From: Zestosphaera sp.
Lineage (GTDB): Archaea; Thermoproteota; Thermoprotei_A; Sulfolobales; NBVN01
NCBI GenBank assembly: GCA_038843015.1
Contig: JAWBSH010000003.1
Coordinates: forward strand, 3,634-67,633
Reading direction: 5' to 3'
DNA length: 64,000 nt
The notes under the pieces are model-generated. The model saw only the letters and a program-made list of their open reading frames with translations, did not search any database and had not been told where the DNA came from. This document shows, piece after piece, positions 56,994 to 64,000 of this stretch. Within the stretch, counting starts at the first letter, position 1, and each line of letters starts with the position of its first letter. The position numbers and the translations under genes were made by a program.

Positions 56994-59655
56994 CAGACTT
57001 AGTTACGACTATCTCCATAATACGTGCTGGATAAACTTCAGGATTAGACCACAACCTTATAGTAGCTTTCACATGCAGAACTGCAGGCACATTCCCAATA
57101 CGCAAATTGTTAAGATATACAGAAAGCGGCGCTGATGTTGATGTAGCCGAACCAGTATCATACTCTACAATAATTCTATGATTCGCCCTATATATTATCT
57201 GAACTTCATTAGTAAGACTAGTCCTGTAAATATTATAGACAAGAGCGAAAAGTTCCGCGAAAGTTGCTATAGCTCCTAATGCAGCCTGTGAGGGGCCTGG
57301 AATTAGTGTGAGAACTCCTAAAACTGATGCTACACGCGAAGCAACTTCTTCGTATTTGGGGAGATTAGCCCCAGGTCCAGGGTCATAGAAACTAGCAAAT
57401 AAGGTTGTGGACCCCATGCTTATATTTGAAGAATAGAGTTCTAGTCTAAATTTATTATATCTTGCCTGAACAGATAAATCTTGATTAACAGCCGCTGAAA
57501 CTATTGACGGCAATCCTAACCCGATATATAAATGAGCGGTGACATACTTTCTTCGTATCTCGAAGACAGACTCTCGTGAGATAGAGATGTAAGCAGAGCT
57601 AGAGGTATAGATGTTGTACTTTTCGCTCCATGCAGTATCAAAAATGTCAACACGCATGATACCAGCTAACAAATAAGCGTAGGGGCTATACTTGCCACTA
57701 AGATACTCAGGATCAGAACACTCATGACTTGGTGGAGCGCATGTGTAGAGTGTTGTGTAATGAAGGATGTTAGGATTTGCTAGAGCAGCACTTACTATGT
57801 TCTTGTAGTAGAATCTTGTTCTGTAGTTGCTGTAGTTTGTGAGTGGTGTTATTTTTATGTAGAGGGGGTGGGGGTATACGTTCTCTAAAGTGTTAGGCTT
57901 TAGTTCTATTGTTAAAGGTATGTTGCCATCGTATAGGTAAGTCGCTAACCATCTATAGAGTGGTAGTCTGGGTGCTAGATTCATTACTGGCTTTATTTTT
58001 ATGGTTATGTCTCTGAGGTTGTCCCATTTAGTTAGGAGGAGGTTTGTGTTGCCGCAGAGGAGTCCTCCTAAACATATTCTTAATGTGTAGTTAGCTGACC
58101 AGTCAATATCTGTTTGTCCTAAGTAAGCCTCTATTCTTAAACTCACGTTTACGTAGTCTTGATTGACGTCCCCCATATTAGTGCCGTCATCGACGTAGCC
58201 GCCGTAAGGTGTTGGGAGTAGTGACGTGACGCTATACCTGTAGTTGTAGTTCTCGAGTGTGTGGGGTCTTAATATTACGTACCACCAGGAATTCATGGCA
58301 GAGAATAAGTCTACGTCGTAGGTGCCGTTATATATGCGGCTATTTAGTGCTGTAGTGTTTAAGTTGTAGTAGGTTATTACCTCGCCCTCAATTCTCCATT
58401 CTTTACCAGGAGATATTGCTGGTTCTATCTTTATGTTGTACGAGATTGGTTGTGAGGGGTCTCTTCCTGGGTAGTCGTAGTAGTATTTGTTGACGAGTAC
58501 TTCGTTTATGAGGTGCGGGTAGATAGTGTATGTTTTTTGTTCGTTATCTATAGTCACGCGTAGAGTCCTGCTATTTGTGTCGTTGCCGTAAATACGTAGC
58601 TTGATACTGAATCTTATAACGTGTGGGTTATAGGGTTGCCAGCCATGATAAGCACTGACTAGGTAGTAGTTGCTTGAGTAACTTGCGTTACTTGCTGTGA
58701 GAGTTACTACTGTCTGAGGTACTTCCTCCCCACCTACCCACACTAGATTATTAAATAAGACTGGCGTTCTCTCAACATAATTCCATGTTAGGGGAGGGCC
58801 TCCACCACCATCAGGTATTTCTCCCGGAGGTCTTGGTTCTAGTATCTCTATTGACCTAACCTCGCTATTTATTGGCTTTTGTAGTTCTTTTATTAAGTGA
58901 GACGTGAATTTATTGAAGTCTGTGTCTGTTAAGTGTAGCTTCTCCTGGAGGTAGCTTTTTTCCTCGTTAACGAGTTCGACGATGCGTAGCTTCTCGTGCG
59001 TTCTGTATGGCGAGAGCACGTCCATAGTTAGTAATCCGTAGTCGTAGTCATATCTAACACTCCTCTCACGGTCTTTGATGGTTGGGTTGATGAAGAAGTA
59101 GAGGGGTATGACGTATTTAGCGACTTCGTCAGTAATGACTACCAAGACTTCCACAGCTTTAGAGCCCCTAACTTGCGGTAGTATCTCGTGCGTGAGGTTT
59201 CCTACCTCAGGAATTTCAGAAGGTAATATTAGTTCTAAGCAAGAACTCTCAGTAATAATCGGTGAGATAACGTATTGAGTATATCCGTTAGAAGCTTCAA
59301 TCTTATCTATGAAGACTCTATACGGCAACTCTCTCCAAGAATTATTAACAAACACGCCAACTACTAAATCACTAGAATCAAGACCTAAAATACCTAACTT
59401 CTTGAGCTCTCCACCACAAATCAAGAGTGGTCGACCACCATAGTAGTAAGAATACCTCAAATCAAAACTCAAGTCACTAAAACCTAAGACACTGAGAATT
59501 TCCTCCACTAACTGATGAGCACCACCACTAAAGCCACTCACTACCTCATCACTACATACTAAAGAAAACGACTGTATAATCACGTGAGTAGAGATAAGTA
59601 GTAATAAGAGTAAAGTGTTTAAGCGACTCCTAAACATAGCTGACCCAATAAACAA
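56977..59655 (-). CDS. Large secreted/surface protein, unknown family (892 aa)
   Basis: N-terminal signal-like RLNTLLLLLLISTHVII. Rich in Tyr/Asn with many N-x-S/T sequons. A hydrophobic stretch VLGVLTLIPGPSQAALGAIATFAELFALV lies about 100 residues before the C-terminus. Confidence 0.45.
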   Translation of the reverse strand: MFIGSAMFRSRLNTLLLLLLISTHVIIQSFSLVCSDEVVSGFSGGAHQLVEEILSVLGFSDLSFDLRYSYYYGGRPLLICGGELKKLGILGLDSSDLVVGVFVNNSWRELPYRVFIDKIEASNGYTQYVISPIITESSCLELILPSEIPEVGNLTHEILPQVRGSKAVEVLVVITDEVAKYVIPLYFFINPTIKDRERSVRYDYDYGLLTMDVLSPYRTHEKLRIVELVNEEKSYLQEKLHLTDTDFNKFTSHLIKELQKPINSEVRSIEILEPRPPGEIPDGGGGPPLTWNYVERTPVLFNNLVWVGGEEVPQTVVTLTASNASYSSNYYLVSAYHGWQPYNPHVIRFSIKLRIYGNDTNSRTLRVTIDNEQKTYTIYPHLINEVLVNKYYYDYPGRDPSQPISYNIKIEPAISPGKEWRIEGEVITYYNLNTTALNSRIYNGTYDVDLFSAMNSWWYVILRPHTLENYNYRYSVTSLLPTPYGGYVDDGTNMGDVNQDYVNVSLRIEAYLGQTDIDWSANYTLRICLGGLLCGNTNLLLTKWDNLRDITIKIKPVMNLAPRLPLYRWLATYLYDGNIPLTIELKPNTLENVYPHPLYIKITPLTNYSNYRTRFYYKNIVSAALANPNILHYTTLYTCAPPSHECSDPEYLSGKYSPYAYLLAGIMRVDIFDTAWSEKYNIYTSSSAYISISRESVFEIRRKYVTAHLYIGLGLPSIVSAAVNQDLSVQARYNKFRLELYSSNISMGSTTLFASFYDPGPGANLPKYEEVASRVASVLGVLTLIPGPSQAALGAIATFAELFALVYNIYRTSLTNEVQIIYRANHRIIVEYDTGSATSTSAPLSVYLNNLRIGNVPAVLHVKATIRLWSNPEVYPARIMEIVVTKSVDIDM

Positions 59656-59749
59656 ATAATTAAAAAACTAATATATTTTTTATTCACTATTTATTATTAT
59701 ACAAAACCAGTTTACCTCATATTGAAGGTCTTAAGTATGTGGGGCGTAG

Positions 59750-60682
59750 CTATACTTCCGTAATCCAGTGTCTGTACTTGCTTATCTTGCCTAGTACGAC
59801 TTCCCTATACAGATTCACTAGCTTTCTTGTTATGTCTCCTGCTTCTCCATTGCCTATGAGTCTACCGTCAACTTCTATTATCGGTGTTATTTCTGCTGCT
59901 GTTCCAGTAAAGAATGCCTCGTCACTCGCGTATAGTTCTTCTCTCCTAATTCTACGCTCCACGACCCTTATCCCCAGAACTTCACTAGCCAGCTTTATGA
60001 CTGTGTCTCTAGTTATTCCTTCTAGGATGGCGTCGTACGTAGGTGGTGTTACGAGTTCACCGTTCTTGACTATGAATATGTTCTCACCTGAACCCTCAGC
60101 TACATAGCCTTCACTGTCTAGCAGGATAGCTTCGTCGTATCCGTTCTTATGAGCCTCGACGGAAGCTAGGTGGTAGAGTAGGTAGAGTCCGGTAGCCTTA
60201 GCTAACACAGGGATTGAGTCGGCCGAGGGCTTCCTCCAAGAAGAGATCATACACTTAACGCCTGAAGGCTTGAGATACTTTCCAAACTCTAAAGCTATAA
60301 TCGCTACTTCTACAGGATTCAGAGATTTTAAGCTGAAGTCACCTAAACCCCTGAACGCTACAGGCCTTACGTATATGTCTGACTTAAACTTATTAGCTCT
60401 GATTAGCTCTGCCGTCGCCTTAACTAGACTCTCAACTGAGTACGGGATACTCATGTAGAGTATCTTAGCAGACTTATGAAATCTCCTCATATGATCTTCA
60501 AGTCTGAAGACCTTGATGAGACCGTCATCGTAATAACCTCTCACACCCTCAAAAACTCCCACACCATAATGTAACCCGTAAGAAAACACGTGAACACTAG
60601 CCTCACTCCACCTAACGATCGAGTTATTTAACCACACGTACTCCGGCCACTTACTAAAGCTGACAGGCTTCCCCACCATCAC
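59750..60682 (-). CDS. ilvE: Branched-chain amino acid aminotransferase (class IV)
   Basis: GVFEGVRGY, LEGITRD and overall class IV layout. 310 aa. Confidence 0.85.
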   Translation of the reverse strand: MMVGKPVSFSKWPEYVWLNNSIVRWSEASVHVFSYGLHYGVGVFEGVRGYYDDGLIKVFRLEDHMRRFHKSAKILYMSIPYSVESLVKATAELIRANKFKSDIYVRPVAFRGLGDFSLKSLNPVEVAIIALEFGKYLKPSGVKCMISSWRKPSADSIPVLAKATGLYLLYHLASVEAHKNGYDEAILLDSEGYVAEGSGENIFIVKNGELVTPPTYDAILEGITRDTVIKLASEVLGIRVVERRIRREELYASDEAFFTGTAAEITPIIEVDGRLIGNGEAGDITRKLVNLYREVVLGKISKYRHWITEV

Positions 60683-60753
60683 TAAACACCTAAGTCATAT
60701 GTTATTATGTTTGAAGATATCTTTTTAAATTTTGAGGATGAGCTCTGAAGACC

Positions 60754-61074
60754 CTAGCCACTACCAGACCTAACGAAAGCATTAAGGAACACCACCTCAT
60801 ACAAGACGACTAAAGACTTCACACCATATAATGTGAGTAAGGCGCACCCCCAGGCACGTGGTTGCGGAATACTAAAAACATGATCTTCCAGCATCTTATC
60901 TTCAACACGCATTCCTAACTCTCTGAACCCTGTCCTCAAGAAATCAAGTGAGGCGTTTCTATCAAGTCTCTTGAGTCTGAGGTTAAAACAGTGTCTCTCA
61001 CACAATAGTGAGTCTTGCATATCGATTCCTAGAAGTCCTGGTCTGACCCCCACCCTAAAGAGCGAGGCTTTCAA
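60754..61074 (-). pseudogene. Possible remnant of an archaeal AAA ATPase (Arch_ATPase/DUF234-type) gene
   Basis: LKRLDRNASLDFLRTGFRELGMRVEDKMLED resembles the mid-region of archaeal ATPase family proteins (..L.PL..eea.eFL..gF.e.g...). No P-loop or remainder is present. Confidence 0.25.
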
Positions 61075-61106
61075 TCGTAAATATTAAGTTAGGAATACGT
61101 AATTTC

Positions 61107-62642
61107 TTGGTGCGATCTTTGAGTATCTATGAGTTAAGGGATAAGCTATTCTCAGATATTGTTGTGAGGGTAGATGGGGTCTATCACTTTAAGACATTCG
61201 TAGCTGGTTGGGTTACCTCAGATGATTACATAGAAGTCAGGAGTCCTATAGATATGTCGGTTATCGGGAGGGTGCCTAAGTTGCGGTGGGAGGTAGTTGA
61301 TAAGGCTCTTGACATTGTTTATGAGGTCGGTAGGTGGAGAGTTAGAGATATTCCTGGCTGGGCTAGACTTGACCTGCTGGAGAGGCTAGCAGGCTTGATA
61401 GAGCAACATAAAGAAGACCTTGTGGAGACTCTCATAATCAATGCTGGCAAGACTCGCTCGCAGGCTCTAGGCGAAGTTAACGCGTCTGTTGATAGACTTA
61501 GGAGAGCTGACCTAGACGCTAGGAAAATATACGGTGATTACATGCCTGGAGACTGGGACCAGACAACTACCGAGACTGAAGCCATAGTCAGGAGAGAGCC
61601 TTTCGGGGTCGTATTAGCTATCGTGCCATTTAACTACCCTCTATTCGATACCGTGAATAAGTTTGCGTATAGTTTCGTAGCCGGCAACGCGATACTAGTG
61701 AAGCCCTCGTCACTCGACCCACTGCCTGTATTGCTGTTTGCTAAGCTTGCTGAGGAGGCCGGCGTTCCTAAGGAAGCGTTCGCGGTCCTCACGATCCCGG
61801 GCCAGGAGAGTGACAAGCTCGTGTCTGACTGGAGAATTAGTGTGGTGAGTTTCACAGGCAGTAGCAAGACAGGTAAGAGCGTTTTGTCGAAGGCGGGCAT
61901 AAAGCAGTTCATAATGGAGCTAGGTGGTGGAGACCCAGCTATAGTTCTAGAAGATGCTGACATTGACTTAGCTGCTGAGAGAATAGCTCTAGGTATCTAC
62001 AGCTACGCGGGGCAGAGATGCGACGCCGTGAAGCTGATACTAGCTGAAGAAAGCGTTTACGGCGAGTTAAAGAAGAGAGTCGCGGCTAATTTAGCTAAGG
62101 TCGTTGTAGGAGACCCGAGAGATGAGAAGACAGTAATGGGTCCCTTGATAGAGCCTAAAGCTGTTGAAGAAATGCTTGAAGCTGTTAAGGAAGCAGTTGA
62201 GAGAGGCGGTAAGGTAGTGTATGGTGGCAGGAGGTTGGGACTGACTTACGTAGAGCCTACTCTAGTAGAATTCCACGACAAAGACACTCTGAAAGAGCTT
62301 CGACTATTTAAAGAAGAAATATTCGCGCCAGTAGCTCTGATTACTAGTTTTAAAGAACTTGATGAAGCAATAAGGATAGCTAATTCTAGAAGATACGGTC
62401 TTGACGCTGCAGTCTTCAGCTACAACATCGACAAGATCAGGAAGCTAATAAGATTCCTAGAGTTCGGAGCCATATACGTCAACGACATGCCTAGACACGG
62501 AGTAGGGTATTACCCATTCGGAGGACTAAAAGAGTCAGGTCTTGGGAGAGAAGGAATAGGCTACTCAGTAGAGTACGTAACCACGTACAAGACTATAATA
62601 TACAATTACAGAGGGAGAGGAGTCTGGAGATACGTTACCTGA
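61107..62642 (+). CDS. Aldehyde dehydrogenase family protein (non-phosphorylating GAPN-like)
   Basis: FTGSSKTGK, MELGGGDPAIV, catalytic-Cys motif AGQRCDAV and EEIFAPV. Confidence 0.8.
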   Translation: MVRSLSIYELRDKLFSDIVVRVDGVYHFKTFVAGWVTSDDYIEVRSPIDMSVIGRVPKLRWEVVDKALDIVYEVGRWRVRDIPGWARLDLLERLAGLIEQHKEDLVETLIINAGKTRSQALGEVNASVDRLRRADLDARKIYGDYMPGDWDQTTTETEAIVRREPFGVVLAIVPFNYPLFDTVNKFAYSFVAGNAILVKPSSLDPLPVLLFAKLAEEAGVPKEAFAVLTIPGQESDKLVSDWRISVVSFTGSSKTGKSVLSKAGIKQFIMELGGGDPAIVLEDADIDLAAERIALGIYSYAGQRCDAVKLILAEESVYGELKKRVAANLAKVVVGDPRDEKTVMGPLIEPKAVEEMLEAVKEAVERGGKVVYGGRRLGLTYVEPTLVEFHDKDTLKELRLFKEEIFAPVALITSFKELDEAIRIANSRRYGLDAAVFSYNIDKIRKLIRFLEFGAIYVNDMPRHGVGYYPFGGLKESGLGREGIGYSVEYVTTYKTIIYNYRGRGVWRYVT

Positions 62643-62721
62643 TCATCTAATCTAAGAGTTTAATTTTTCCTTATAAAATCCTTAATCCTCATATTTATTA
62701 ATTCCTCATGTAATTATTAAT

Positions 62722-62979
62722 ATGGTGATATATTTGGTTAAGTTTCGTGTTATAGTTGATAGAACAACGTGCATAGCGTGTGGGGCAGCACCTGCTGCGT
62801 GTCCTGAGGTATTTGTCCTAGGCTCTGATAACGGGAAGAACCGAGTAGTAGATGAGTACAACGTAAAAACAGACGAAGACACGTCAATTGGTGAGATTCC
62901 TGAGGAGCTATATGAGTGCGCTAAGTCTGGTGCCGACGTATGTCCGGTTGGTGCTATCAAGATAGAGGAGATGAAGTGA
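62722..62979 (+). CDS. Small [4Fe-4S]/[3Fe-4S] ferredoxin
   Basis: CIACGAAPAACP ... CPVGAI. 85 aa. Confidence 0.7.
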   Translation: MVIYLVKFRVIVDRTTCIACGAAPAACPEVFVLGSDNGKNRVVDEYNVKTDEDTSIGEIPEELYECAKSGADVCPVGAIKIEEMK

Positions 62980-63296
62980 CTGAGTCTAGTGATGAGTGCG
63001 CGCAATGCACACGCTTTAAACCCCACCTTTACTACCCTTACATAGGTCTCTGTGTAGCTAAAGATGAAGTGGGGGAAGGCAGGAGAAGAGTTGAGGGTTG
63101 CCCGTATTTCAGGGCTAAGACGCTCGATGAAGTCAGGGAGTCCCTGACTAGAAAAGAGTGGGTTTATTGCGTGTCCTGCAGAAAAACTCTGACTAGCGTA
63201 GAAGAACTAGAAGAGCATGTAATGAAAGGTCACGCAGTTTTTGAAGAAGTGCTGGTAGACGACGTAGTCGCTGAGGAAGCACCGAGCGGGGATTAA
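62976..63296 (+). CDS. Small Cys/His-rich protein (possible zinc finger)
   Basis: CAQC..., CPYF and CVSC...H....H (C2H2-like). The GTG start overlaps the ferredoxin stop (GTGA). The track ORF begins at 62940. Confidence 0.35.
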   Translation: MTESSDECAQCTRFKPHLYYPYIGLCVAKDEVGEGRRRVEGCPYFRAKTLDEVRESLTRKEWVYCVSCRKTLTSVEELEEHVMKGHAVFEEVLVDDVVAEEAPSGD

Positions 63297-63297
63297 G

Positions 63298-64000
63298 GTG
63301 TGGGTTTTGGACGAGATCGAGATACTTATTGGGGGTCCTCAAGGCTCCGGTATAGAGACTTCAATGATGGTTTTGTCTCGAGCATTCGCTAGAAGGGGCT
63401 ATGGCGTTATAGCTGACCGAGAATACTTCTCTAACATAACGGGGAGGCACAGCTACATACACATGCTGGTATCAGCTAATAAAATCCCTTCTTCTCTCCG
63501 TTATCCCGTCAAGATATTAGTGGGGGCGGACGCTGAGACAGTCTTCACGCATTTTGATGACTTAGCTGAAAAGGGAGTAATCATTTATGACAAGAAACAA
63601 TTGAATAAGAGGCTCGATGAGGTACCGAGCATCGAGAACGCGACCAAGAATAGAATATCCAGAAAACTAGCTGAGTTGGGGGTTCACCAAGACGTAGCTT
63701 CAGTAATTAAGTACTTGGAGAAGGAGAGGCGAGTCTTACCACTAGGTTTAGACTTTGAAGCTTTGCTGAGGAGTCTCTTAAACGCCTATAAAATCGACCC
63801 ACGCCAGCTCTCCAGGTACGTGAGCGGGTTGGTAGTGTCTTCTATAGCAGTCCTTACAGGATTGAGTGAAGAGTTTGTTAAGTACGGGTTTGAAGCTTTG
63901 TTTAGGGGACGAGAATACCTAGTAGAGCAGAACTTGATGCTCTTTAAACTAACTAGAGAGTCTATGAGGGGTTATGAGTCTATTCTTAAGCTAGAGAACC
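63298..64000 (+). CDS. 2-oxoacid:ferredoxin oxidoreductase alpha subunit of the two-subunit type (gamma-like domain first), 3' end outside the window
   Basis: GTG at 63298. My translation is VWVLDEIEILIGGPQGSGIETSMMVLSRAFARRGYGVIADREYFSNITGRHSY..., open to nt 64000. It is not in the ORF track because it runs off the edge. Confidence 0.6.
   Translation, partial: MWVLDEIEILIGGPQGSGIETSMMVLSRAFARRGYGVIADREYFSNITGRHSYIHMLVSANKIPSSLRYPVKILVGADAETVFTHFDDLAEKGVIIYDKKQLNKRLDEVPSIENATKNRISRKLAELGVHQDVASVIKYLEKERRVLPLGLDFEALLRSLLNAYKIDPRQLSRYVSGLVVSSIAVLTGLSEEFVKYGFEALFRGREYLVEQNLMLFKLTRESMRGYESILKLEN

Noticed and set aside
1-64000. CRISPR arrays, rRNA genes, transposases/IS elements
   Set aside because: I noticed no regularly spaced direct repeats with unique spacers, no rRNA-like GC-rich kilobase segments, and no ORF with transposase motifs. 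Absence is judged by eye only.

Overview
The window is a gene-dense chromosomal stretch that looks archaeal, probably from a crenarchaeote-like hyperthermophile. Supporting signs are archaeal-type GAPDH/PGK, ApgM, XerA, NucS, DTD2, PAC2, an intron-containing tRNA, and AT-leaning DNA with GC-rich tRNAs. I call about 65 coding regions. They include a BMP-type ABC transporter, pgk-gap, apgM, GAPN-like ALDH, two different 2-oxoacid:ferredoxin oxidoreductases, mevalonate kinase, NadE, PyrH, PyrF-like, IlvE and several regulators. There are two tRNAs: Leu-CAA with an intron, and Val-UAC. I saw no rRNA, CRISPR array or transposase. Three things stand out. (1) A five-gene [NiFe] hydrogenase cluster (43792-49459, minus strand) joins a HydB/HydC-type flavin module to a [NiFe] catalytic pair. 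The [NiFe] small subunit appears split and permuted across two fusion proteins. One of these ends in a relic of the [FeFe]-hydrogenase H-domain (ACPGGCxxGGGQP). The large subunit has no canonical start codon in front of its conserved N-terminus. (2) A perfect 224-bp inverted repeat (37970-38193 and 42556-42779) brackets a 4.36-kb six-gene segment. A diverged relative with an ~81-nt companion module lies at 31463-31690. (3) A 570-bp intergenic region upstream of pgk contains a GC-enriched core closed by long complementary arms, a candidate structured RNA or element. All calls come from reading the sequence and ORF translations by eye. No database search was run, so family names are recognition-based and should be confirmed with HMM/BLAST.
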